This document shows positions 52,800 to 64,000 of a DNA stretch of 64,000 bases, in pieces. The position numbers and the translations under genes were made by a program. The notes beneath the pieces were generated by a model. It did no database searches. It was not told the origin of the DNA and saw only the letters and a list, made by a program, of their open reading frames with translations. The first letter of the stretch is position 1. Every line of letters starts with the position of its first letter. This DNA comes from Octopus vulgaris. Lineage: Eukaryota. The stretch lies in the NCBI GenBank assembly GCA_951406725.2, contig OX597821.1, forward strand, positions 68,882,001 through 68,946,000, given 5' to 3'.

Positions 52800-53700
52800 C
52801 AATGTCAGTGGTGATGAGCCGATAATTATCCTGATGAAAGCACCACTGGTGATGAGATGATGATAGTGATAAGGAGATGTTGACAACAATGTGAAGATGA
52901 TCATGAAAATAGCACAGTTGAGAATGATATGAATGATGATGGATGGTAGCACTGATGATGATAATGATGAGGGGATGATCGCAGTGGTGATGGGATGATT
53001 ATGATGATGATGATGGGATGACCATAGTGGTGATGGGATGACCATAGTGGTGATGGGATGACCATAGTGATGATGATGATGATAATGACAATGACAGTAG
53101 TGGTGAAGGTGATGATGATGGCCGTGATGATAATGATGATGACAATGGCAGTGGTGATGGTGTGATGATGATGATGATGACGTGGTGGTTGCTATGGTGA
53201 TGGAAAAATGATGATGATGATAGCATTTGTAACAGAATGATGATGTTAACTGGGGTTTTTTTTTACCCCCTGGTTATATCAATCAGCAACATGAGCTCAG
53301 ACGACTTCCGGTACAGAGAAGCCGGTCATCAAAATATTGTTGAACACCACCACATCGGCCTCAATCAGTACACCACACTAATGAAGTGTGGGTAGGGGTA
53401 GGGTGGGGTAGATCAAATAGATCTAACAACTGCCTCGCCTCTCCTACTGTTGCTCTCATCACTACCATCTTCAATGCTATCATTACCACCACTGCTGTTA
53501 TCATTACCACTGTAGCTGTCACTATTCCTATCACCACCACCACCACCACCACCACCACTGTATCTGTCATCTCTACCACTGCTGCCACACTGCAGTTGTC
53601 ATCACTACCACTACGGCTGCAACTGTCGCCACTCCCACCAACACTGTTGCTGTCATCACAAACCACCACAACAAAAAACAACTGCTATTGCCACAACCGT
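52800..53700. repeat. (GAT/GGT)- and (CAC)-rich low complexity, including about 3 x 21-bp gtggtgatgggatgaccatag
   Basis: Composition; direct repeats at about 52984-53068. Confidence 0.85.
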
Positions 53701-54240
53701 CCCTTTCATCACAACAAATCGATACCTTAATGGACTTTTAGAATAGAACAATGTTTTACATTTTCTGATTTAGTTGATGTGGACATATTTTATCCATTAC
53801 AATAGTTGGCGTGGAGGAAAACGCTGGGTAGGAAGAGGCATAAAAACAAAGCGAGGTGGAGAGATATGTAGTGTGTGTGAGAGAGAAAGAGAGAGACCAA
53901 GAGAAAACCAAAGAGAAGGACAGTGGAAGTGTGAGAGAGAGGGAGAGAGAAAGAGAGAGGGAAAGAAAGATAGAGAGGAGGAGAGCAAAAGAGAGAGAGA
54001 GAGAGTGCGAGAGATATATATTACAAATGTGATCCAGAAGATATTAAAAGATGGTCTCCCAGTCCCCCCCTCTCTCATGCATACACATCCACAGATGATG
54101 ATAATAGTGATAAGAGGAGGTGAAATGGGTACTACAACATGCAACTGAGATGGTAGCAAAGTCATTAATTAAGATTAAATTACCAGGCAAAATAATAAAG
54201 ATCAGTAAGCTGTTGGAAGATAAACAAACCACCAACTTAA

Positions 54241-54510
54241 CCAAGCACACAGCATGACAAGCAAGTCCAGATGAACACAGCACAAAACAACCCAGTCTAC
54301 TTCAGTATAAGTCAATACAGAACAGTACAGCTCAGACCAGCGTGACTCACCACATCACAATACAGCGCGGCTCAACCCAGCCAAGAACAGCTCAACCAAG
54401 CTAAGCACATCACAACATAGTTGAGTTCAGAAGGACATGGCTCAAGACAACCCAGTTAAGTTCAGTATAGCTTAACGCAGTACAGCATAGCCAAGTTCAA
54501 CAAAGCTTAG
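54241..54510. repeat. Cryptic period-5 array (NNNAR)
   Basis: 54 consecutive pentamers; 50 have A and 4 have G at position 4; no indel. Confidence 0.85.
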
Positions 54511-54842
54511 GGCTACATTCTGAAGATAACCTCTCTTTCCACATCAGTCTCAGTCCCTCCTTAAATAGGCCATAAATTTTTTTTTTTTTTAAATTTGAAA
54601 ATTTCTAGACTATTTATCTCTTATTTACTTTATCGGTACTCTATACAATATTTCAATCTGTTCATTTCTAAGAATCTTCAGGTATCTTCAGAGAGAGAAA
54701 ATAAAGAGACAATCTGTGGAGCTGGTATCACAATATAATGTGCTCAATATCCTCTCTAACATGGTCAGTGTTGTGAGGGGCATCCAACAGTAGAAACCAA
54801 ATCAAAAATTAATCATACAAGTGGTCTCCCAACCATCTAGGA

Positions 54843-55247
54843 CAGGGCTGGCCAACCTGAGGCCTGCGGCCCACAGACTTTTTAACTTGTGGCCTGCTTG
54901 ATACTTTCTTGAAATGGGTTTATTTAAACAAACATTTTAAAACTTTTATCAAAAATTAAAGATTGTAATGACAAGTAAAGAGAAAGATACTACTGTTTTT
55001 GCAACAATAATATTTCATGCTAATCAACGATCATTCAATTGTTATTTTCAAAATAAATTTAAAATTTATAAGTGGCAATAAAGCAACAGCCTACAATTTT
55101 ATAATTTTAAACAAATGAAAAGTATGAAAAATTCTTGATTCTGTAATTTGATTATTTGACTATTAGTGCATAAAGTATACAAGTGGCCCTCAAAAGACTT
55201 TCTGTTATTCAAGTGGCCTGCAATGTAATTCGAGTTGGCCAGGCCTG
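54843..55247. mobile_element. Complete 405-bp hAT (Charlie/Buster-type) MITE
   Basis: TIR cagggctggccaac / gttggccaggcctg; perfect 8-bp TSD atctagga (54835-54842, 55248-55255). Confidence 0.95.
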
Positions 55248-57218
55248 ATCTAGGAAAACAGTAACACCAAATAAGAATCAACAAGGAATATGACAACTTG
55301 TCCAATCTATGCCAGTATGGAAAGTGGATGTGAAATGAAAATGTTATATGGTACCTTGGTTAAGTGTCTTTTACTAAAGCACAGGATCAACCAAAGCCTT
55401 GCGAGTAGATTTGGTAGATGGAAACTGAAAGAAGCCTACAGTGTGTGTGTGTATGCGTGTGTGTGTCTTTGTCTTGACATCACATGTTAGTTATAACTGA
55501 TTGGCACTGTCATATAAGCAGTGCCATTCATTTTCAATATTCTGCAGGAACATATCTGGTCACAGAAAAATATTGTTTTGCTCGGAAACAGGTGAGTGTT
55601 AGTGAAAGGAAAGGCAGAAGGCTGTAGAAAATCCACCTGAACAATTTCTGTCCAACCCATGCAAGCATGGGAAAGTGGATATTCAAAAACAACGATGTTG
55701 TTACACACACACATACAACACATATGCAACTCATATTATTTGAAACTTGTAATTTTTATTTCTCATACAGCAAATCAACACTCTTCACCAACCCCGCCTC
55801 AAAATAGTACCAGATTGGTGAAGGGTGTTGATGCTTTTAGCTTGAAATAAAGGCTCCAATTTGGTCCCAATCTCAGTTTACGTGAATGTGTATGAATAGG
55901 ACACCTAAAGATGATCAAAGAATAAGCTGACCAATACACAGTAAAGGAAGCATGAACACTTGCAAGCAAGAAAACTTTACTTGATCAAGATCCTACCCAT
56001 ACCGAGGATCAATGTAAACACTTGATCAATGCTTAAATCTAACAACAAATCTAAATATCTAAAATATTTAAATGGATTGGCTGTAGACTTTACCAAAATC
56101 CTAATAAAAAACAGAATAAAAAACAAAAAAAAAATTTGCAAATAATTTAGATCTTTTATATCAAACTAAGAATTTCATGAGTCAGCAAGGTAGCTTCTAT
56201 ATGGCCATTCGATCTGCTAGAAATAGCAGCCAAATCTTTCTTAAATTACAACCAACCAATTTCAGCAACACATTAAATAATGTAATTGTAAATACTCCTA
56301 AAGTAAAGACACAAGGCCTGGTGATAAAAGTGTTACGCTCAGGATCGTAAGATTGTGGATTCAATTCCTGAATCAGGTGTTCTTGAGCAAAATACTTCAT
56401 TTTATATTGCTCCAGTCCACTCTGTTGTATAAGAGTCCCAGCAATAACTAGGAAGTCAACGCAGCAACAGACTGACATCCCAGTAAAGGAAAGAGGTGCC
56501 ATAATCTCAGTCATTTATATGCTGTGGAAACTAGATTAAGCTCTGGTTTTATGAGTCCTAGATTTCATGACAGGCCTAAGATATTGTGGAGCCACGGTGA
56601 ACCAGAAGCATAGGGTTAGTGTCGTCACATAAATAGTTGAGGGGCCTTGTTGGAAGCAGAGGAGCAAGGGAGGTCACATGAATAGAAGCATAACCAGCAT
56701 AGGCCTCTTTCACCAAGGGGTTGCCAGACAGGATGGATGTGTGTAGCTGCATGAGTAAAGGGAATTTGCTGTTAGGTTCTGACCAAAGGTTAGGCAAGTA
56801 GGGCACCTACAAATAACCTGCCTGGAAAGGATCAATGCTATGAGAGAACCTATGAGGTAGGTGAATTGCGCTTTCTTTCTCCACCCAACAGATACTCTTA
56901 AAAAGATGGGCTGGTGGTTAAGTTTGGAATTCCCTTGATTACAAGTCTTAACTGGGGTTGATCTGGGACTAAACTACAACAAAAAGTTTTAAGTCATAAC
57001 TACAATGCTACCTGACAAAAGAAATAAAAATTCCAAGCTTGAAACAATCCTAAATATATGATTAGATGTTGGCTAGGACATCTGGAGATGTTTACAGAAT
57101 GAATCAATCAAAATCTACAATGGAAGAAAAAAATCCAAAAAAGGTAAGATTAATTATGCAGAAATTCAGAATTATTTCTCCCCAACTGTGTCTTATTTCT
57201 TAGATCTTACCAATTCTA

Positions 57219-58688
57219 TGAGGTGCATTCGAAAAGTATCTGACTTAATTTTTCTCCATCAAAAGTAATGCCACATAGGCGAAATCTTTTGGGTGGGAAG
57301 TGATGTCACCCTTCCTGCACATGCATGAACATTATCACATTGGTAGGTTGCATCAGTTCCCAACTGTTATGTCTAGAGTACAGATGTGCATGTAGTATGC
57401 ACTCGTTGGATTTTTTTTTTCACACAAGATGACCAAATGCATAGAGCAGAGACCATAAACCCATGTCTCATCACCAGTGATGATAGTCTTCATGAAGTCT
57501 GGGTTGTGGTTTGCACAGTCCAGGATGTCCTGAATGATTTCCATGTGGAATTGCTTTTGCTGTTCCGCTAACACCTTAGGGGCAAATTTTGCTAACATTC
57601 CATAACCTTAACCTTGCGACCTATGCCAGGGATGTAACTAGCCCACTTATGTGTACTTTTCCTTCATTGGACACTAAACTCTGCTTGCAAAGACCTGTTG
57701 AGGCAAGTGAAATTGAAATCAAATTCAATGACTGGCATCCATGCGAGTGGAGCGCTAAGAGTATCATGTGAACAGAATTGTTGTCAGAGCAACAAGCTGT
57801 CGTCCGTGCTGATGGCACGTAAAAAGCACCATTCGAGCGTGATCGTTACCTGCATCACCTTACTGGCACTTGTGCCAGTAGCATGTGAAAAAAACATTCG
57901 AGCAAAGTTGTTGCCAGTGCCGCTGGACTGGCTCCTGTGCAGGTGGTACATAAAAAGCACCATTTGAGCATGGCTGCTGCCAGTATTGCCTGACTGGCCC
58001 TCGTGCCGGTGGCATGTAAAAGCACCCACTACACTCTCGGAGTGGTTGGCTTTAGGAAGGGCATCCAGCTGTAGAAACTCTGCCAGATCAGATTGGAGTC
58101 TGGTGCAGCCATCTGATTCGCCAGACCTCAGTCAAATTGTCCAACCCATGCCAGCATGGAAAGCGAACATTAAACGATGATGATGATTCCCTGCATGCAC
58201 AATTCCTCTGCTAAAATGGAATACACCAATCCTGTGCTTGTTCCCACTTCATGAGCAATTTCCATGAGTTGTACAACAGTCATCTATGAATATTTGCCAG
58301 ACCTTCTCAAACAGTTCCTTATTTCAGCTTGTGGATGGCCAGCTTGAGTGTCCCTTACTCTCCACTGAGATACAGCTATGTTTGAAGTGGTTATACTACT
58401 CCTTGATCTGAGTTTTGTTCATGGCATCTTTGTCAAAAGTCTGATGAATCTTCTGGATGGTTTGAGTTTGAGTATCACTGAGCCTTTGGAAAAACCTGGT
58501 GCAAATCTCTGCCCAATGCGTTCAGTGGAAACAAAAATCCAGCAAGTGCACACTTGTACTCTCGGTGTAACAACTGGGAACTGACACAGCCTACTGGCAT
58601 AAAAATTTTCATGCATGCATGCATAAGGGTGGAGTCACTAATTTTGGGTGGGAGAAAATAAGTTGGATACTTTTTTTAACATATTTCG
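57219..58688 (-). mobile_element. Non-autonomous mariner derivative with ~200-bp inverted ends and a nested RTE tail
   Basis: TA-flanked TIRs; AKFAPKVL..IITGDETWVYG; HTH remnant at 58190-58520. Confidence 0.85.
57602..58185 (+). mobile_element. RTE 3'UTR insertion into the mariner ORF
   Basis: 5-bp duplication attcc (57597-57601 / 58186-58190); removing the insert restores MQGMLAKF. Confidence 0.8.
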
Positions 58689-60450
58689 TAAACATTGCAA
58701 TCCTTCTGCATAATTACATCCCTGTGAAAGTTGCTACCAGTTCATGACACATAGTAATTATATATAAGTAAATCATGATTGAAAAGATGTGATCAATCCT
58801 GATCAAGAGAACTCTATGAAGACTAGGACATTGCCCTCATTCAATAACTAATGAAAAGAGAATGCAATAAATTCATTTTATTTTAGCAAATGACCCAGAA
58901 CTTCCTTCAGGTGAATGCTTTGTTTCCACTTTTAGTTTTTTCTTTCCCTTTTTTACCGCAGTAGCACAGCAAAAAAAAAAAAGCCATAAATAGTAAATAA
59001 ATAAATAGAACAAATAAAAGAACACTTCTTTATAGCAAGATGGACTCATAAGGTAGAAAAAAAAACTGTACAGAAAATCATCAATATCAATTAACGATGT
59101 ATTTGAAACCTCTCAGGCCAGGCAAAACCGGACACCAATGCAAAACCTTTTAAGACAAATTAGTATGTTTGGCCTTGTTGAAGGAAATGTACAGTAACAA
59201 TATCACTGCATTAAAAGTTAATGTATATGACAAGCGACAGTGTGAGAAGATAAAGATTGGATGTGGTCAGTAGGTGGCGTAACCATTAGCAACTGGTAAT
59301 GAATATGATAACAGTAATGGTCATGGGAAGGGGGACGGGGCCTAGATCAACAAAGTAGGCGGCTTTATTACTTAAATTATCTGCTTAGTATCAGAAAAGG
59401 AGAACAGAACGCTAAAACCTAAAGAGCTTTCGTTAGCCATGTAATTTATTAACAAAGTACTTTTGCAACAACAACAGGCATAAATGAATGAGCTACAAAG
59501 CAGCATCTGTGTAACAAATCATTTATTAAATAAGATCAGTAATCAACTGCACTAGAGTGCATTTGTGCATGCAGAATGCATAAACACCACTGTAAACAAG
59601 ATAATAGCCAGTTTATATTTGTTTTGGCAACTTATGTAGACCATTCAGTCAAGTACACGAAGACTATTAATAGCTGCATGTTGAGCTAATTGTAGATGAA
59701 CAGTAATAGCACCTGACATTGAAAGACAACATAAAAACGGTTTCAAGTTTTTATATAATGGGAGTGGATGTGAACCGAATATAACACTAATCATAAGATC
59801 ATCTCTTTGTGTAAAGCTGTTCCTGCTCCCATCCCGCCCCAAAATTTATAGTCTTGTAAGCTGCCTGGTGACCACAATAGTGCTGGTAGCACAAAAACAA
59901 AAAAAAGCACCCAGGGTATGCTGTAAAGTGGTTGGTGTTAAGAAGGGCATAGTCATAGAAATCATGCCAATGCAGATACTGAGGCACAACACAGTCCTTG
60001 GACCCACCCGATCCTGTCAAACTGTCTTACCTATGCCACCATGGAACATGGACGTTAAATGATGATGATGATGATTAAAGGGCTTCCAGTCTGAGATATT
60101 TATTTTTCTTTCTTTTAGACATAGAGTATCTAAGTGGCCTTATTCAATTGCATCCTTTGTTATTTGAGATAGTAAGATGTGCTTTGGGGAACATTTCACT
60201 CTCGTTTCTTTGAGGTCAAGTGACAGCATTGATGGCTCACAATAGAGAAGGTTGTCACAAATAAATATTTTCGCAAGAACCAAACTAAAAGGCAACCTGC
60301 ACATTTTTCCTTCAAGGAGTTCTATTAGTTTGCTCTTAAAGTAGCAAAGCTCATTGATTTACACTAAAGAAGAAAAGACAACTCTTCTCACAATATACAA
60401 AAAGAATTAGTGTTATTTAGAATTTTGTAAAAATATATACCTGAATCTTT

Positions 60451-60822
60451 CACTTCTATATTTAAAAGATGAGGAATTATGTACATTATTTACATTCGAT
60501 GAATATTTTTCCTCATCTTGTTTGTTGTTAACACAACGTTTCGGCTGATATACCCTCTAGCCTTCTTCTGGTGTCATGGGGAAATTTCAAACCTGAGTTC
60601 TCATTCCTAAGGTATTTTTCGATGTTGTTATTATTATTATTGTTCAGGTCACTGCTTAGAATCAAACTCAGAATCTTGGGGTTAGTAGCCCACACTCTTA
60701 ACCACTATGCCAAGATTCCAAGTTCGATTCCAAGCAGTGACCTGAACAATAACAATGGTAGCTGAAACATTGTGTTAACAATAAACAAGATGAGGACAAA
60801 TATCCGTCAAATGTGAATAATG
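60451..60822 (-). mobile_element. tRNA-headed, hammerhead-bearing Penelope-type short element, copy 3
   Basis: 13-bp TSD tacctgaatcttt (60438-60450 / 60823-60835); A box TGGCATAGTGG; inverted 5' duplicate at 60710-60822. Confidence 0.85.
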
Positions 60823-61154
60823 TACCTGAATCTTTGTTGTCAATAAGAAACGAACATTCTTTATTAGGCTGACCCAGTGTTCTTTCTATGACAGACCAGT
60901 AAATTGGTTCACTCATTTTGAAAGGGTTAAATAAAGCTGGCACTCCGACAGTTATCTCAAGTGTTCCAGTTGATGTGATCAACAGAACAACCTGTTCATG
61001 AAATTCAAGTGCAAGTGGCAGAGCACTCCACAGACATGTGTTTCCTCAACATACTTCTGTGTGACAAAATGCAACAAGGCTGGCCTTTTGAAATACAGGT
61101 ACAATTTAGTTTTGCCAGCTGAGTGGACTGGAGCTCAAGTACACAAAATATGAG

Positions 61155-61550
61155 GATGATGATGATGATGACGATGTAAGTCAAAATAAATAGTGAGTAA
61201 AATCCCTAGCTAGTGCTGCTGGATGGCAGACTCTGGTGACAATGTTATTCTGCACTTTCCGATCCATGGTGCAGGCCTTAGCATGCTTGAGGTCAAGGTA
61301 CTGCTACTTCAGGTCTTGCTCAGTTTGTTTTGCCCATGTCTTCTTTGGTGCACTGCACTGGATTCTGCAGTGCGTGGGTTGTTACCATCACAAAAGTTGG
61401 TGTGGTAGTCTTCTGGTGATGTGACAAAACCACTGTAGCCTGCACCGCAGGACTTGGCTTTCAATGGTCGGCTGCTGGTGGCACTGTTCTCAGATGATGA
61501 TGACTTCTTGCAACACAATGCCTCACAAAAAAGACTTTCTAGTTATCGCT
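61155..61550 (-). mobile_element. Old RTE-like LINE C-terminal fragment (different family)
   Basis: RLQWFCHITRRLPHQLL...APKKTWAKQTEQDLK...DR, with stops. Confidence 0.7.
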
Positions 61551-63374
61551 GCAATCAGTTTGATCTGAAGTCTGCTTGATCAGGCTGATCTCATAAGTAG
61601 CAGCAACAGCAAACAACAACTGAGGTGGAGGTGCAATGGCCCAGTGGAGAGAGCAGCGGACTCTCGGTCGTAAGAACGTGGTTTCGATTCCCAGACTGGG
61701 CATTGTGAGTGTTTATTGAGCAAAAACACCTAAGCTCCATGAGGCTCCCACGGAGGTGGGGGCTGAACCCCGCTGTACTCTTTCACCACAACTTTCACTC
61801 TTTCTTCCTACTTCTTGCCACAAAGCAGAGGAATCATGGTGTAACCCCCTATGGTGTGGTAAACTTTCAGACCCTAGTCTAGATTGCAAATCCTCTGTAC
61901 CCCAGGATAGTTCAGCTCTCTACCCGTTAAAAGCCACCGTTTACGGAATGAGGATAACAACGTAGCTTTCGCACCCGTGCAACTGCCAGTCTATTGCGTG
62001 TGGTGGGTGGATCTTCAAGTTGTCACACACATTCTTAGTAGCTTAGAGTAGGCTCGAATGAGAGATTATTCTTTGTGGCTAATGGTGTGAGTCCTGATTG
62101 GAAGAAGAAGAAGACAACAACTGAGTGAGGTCAAGCGGACCAATGAGCAAGGGTCAACTAATCAATAAAAATAAGATTAGTAATATCACAAAGTTGGCTG
62201 TCATGTACCAAGTGTGCAGTGAATCATCAACGGTTATGCTATCAAAAACAATAACAAGTAAAAGAAAAGTTAAAAGACGCAAAGATAGGAGAAAGTGGGA
62301 ACAAAATCTAAAACAAAGATTGTAATTCCAAACATCAATTTATGTGTGTGTGTGTGTGGTGGGGGGCAAAGATATTGATTTGTGTTCTTTCAGGCAAGTC
62401 AACAAGTCTGATTCCATTTTCAAAATCTCATCATGGTAGCATCATTGTAATAGCAAAGACAGATGCAAAAGGGAGATTTTTAGAACTTCGTAATCTTTGC
62501 ATTATTTTATTTTGTTAAGGCGGCGAGCTGGTAGAAATGTTAGCATGCCAGGCAAAATGCTTAGTGGTATTTCGTCTGTCTTTACATTTTGAGTTCAATT
62601 TCCACCAACGTCGACATTGCCTTTCATCCTTTTGGAGTTGATAAATTAAGTACCAGTTGCGTACTAGGATCGATCTAACGGACTGGCCCCCTCCCCCAAA
62701 ATTTCAGGCCTTGTGCCCAGAGTAGAAAAGATTATTACCACTGCCTTAGCAAAGGTGGAGGTATTGTTTTCAGTCATGTTTATTTGTCCATGGACGAGAT
62801 ATCTCAAGAACCGGTGGATGGATTTGGATGAAATTTTCAGAGATATTTGACCTCATGACTGGTACAAATCGATTAGGTTTTGGGATCAATCCAGTACTGG
62901 ACAAGGATTCTTGACTATTTTTTCCTGTTTTTCTTTTACTTAATTTTTGAGAGCGGTCAGGTACATTTTCAGTATTCTCGTTTGTGAGAGCAGTCAAGTT
63001 TATTTCAGATATTTTCATTTTAAAAATCATTTCTGGCTAATCGTTGAGAGGACGTTGGAGTTGTCTTGGTGGAGGTTCGTGCTCTCTGAGTGCTCTTGTT
63101 TTATTTTATTTTTTCTTGATTGTTTTTTGAAACATCATAATCAACATTCATACTAATTAGAAAAAAAAAAAAGCTTTGATATTACAACTCTAGTGCTAGT
63201 AGATTGCAATAATTGGAAAACTTGCAAATTACAATAATGGCTAACGAGTTCAACAGCAGTGTAAGGAAGTGTTTTAAGATGAAAACATAACTTCTGAAGG
63301 TGCATAGAAAATATAGTGATCAAAGCTGAGAATAAAAATTTATGTGTGTTTGCGCATGTTTGCGTGTGTGTGTA

Positions 63375-63592
63375 TGAGAGGGCGCTGAAAAGTTCTTAGC
63401 TTTGGATAAAAGAAAATATAGGAGGATCAGTTAATAATGATTTTATTCAACATATTCCCCTGTCAGATTCACACACTTATTGCAGCAGTCCTTCAGTTTT
63501 TCTAAGCCTTGTAATAGAACTTGGAAGGTTGGGCCTCCAAACAGGCCTTTCACAATACCCTTAAAACCAAGAATTTTCCGGAACCCCCTATG
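63375..63592 (-). mobile_element. Mariner-derived MITE, sister of 47702-47927
   Basis: GLEKLKDCCNKCVNLTGEYVE*; TIRs and TA. Confidence 0.85.
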
Positions 63593-63610
63593 TATATATA
63601 TATATATATA

Positions 63611-63977
63611 TAGGTGCAGGTGTTGCTGTTTGGTAAGAAGCTTGCTTCCCAACCACATGGTTCCAGGTTCAGTCCAACTGAACCTGGAACCATGTGTTTT
63701 CTACTATAGCACCACACTGACCAAAACATTGTGAGTGGATGTTGTAGATGGAAACAGAAAGAAGCCTATTGTATATGTGTGTGTGTGTGCTTATGCATGT
63801 GTTTGTCTTCCACCACCACCTGACAACCGATGTTGGTTTGTTTACATTCCTGTAACTCAGTAGCTCAGCAAGAGAAACTGACACAATAAGTACCAGGCTT
63901 TGTTTGACTAAATACTTCAAAGAGGTGTCCCAACATGGCCACAGTCAAATGAATGAAACAAGCAGAAGGTAAAAGAT
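63611..63977 (+). mobile_element. SINE family A
   Basis: Family consensus. Confidence 0.8.
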
Positions 63978-64000
63978 ATATATATATATTTATATGTAGG

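Noticed and set aside
52299-53045. 248-aa minus-strand ORF
   Set aside because: Spans low-complexity repeats and the antisense of the annotated repeat region, including a SINE; no protein-like signal.
61309-61518. Possible exon of a second gene
   Set aside because: Another frame gives RTE-type C-terminal motifs with stops.

Overview
AT-rich, repeat-dense animal genomic DNA; the SINE/LINE repertoire suggests a cephalopod (octopus-like), which is an inference. Only one host gene is supported: the 5' part of an LRSAM1 orthologue (LRR/coiled-coil/SAM/RING E3 ligase) on the minus strand. It has 14 coding exons between 26216 and 2004, all with GT-AG junctions and compatible phases (1291 nt, about 430 aa), and continues past base 1. 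The rest is intronic or upstream DNA filled with tRNA-derived SINEs, RTE LINE copies and 3' tails, CR1 and R4/Dong-like fragments, mariner/Tc1/hAT relics, MITEs and microsatellites. Most notable: (1) a small retroelement in three copies, each with a 13-bp TSD and an inverted 5' duplicate, whose consensus joins a tRNA-like Pol III head to a Penelope-type minimal hammerhead ribozyme; (2) three more hammerhead-like motif families, two of them in foldback elements; (3) a C4HC3 PHD-like finger inside the RTE reverse transcriptase; (4) a 47-aa N-terminal LRSAM1 extension with a myristoylation consensus; (5) a 270-bp indel-free cryptic pentamer array. Repeat boundaries were read by eye and are approximate unless a TSD is given.
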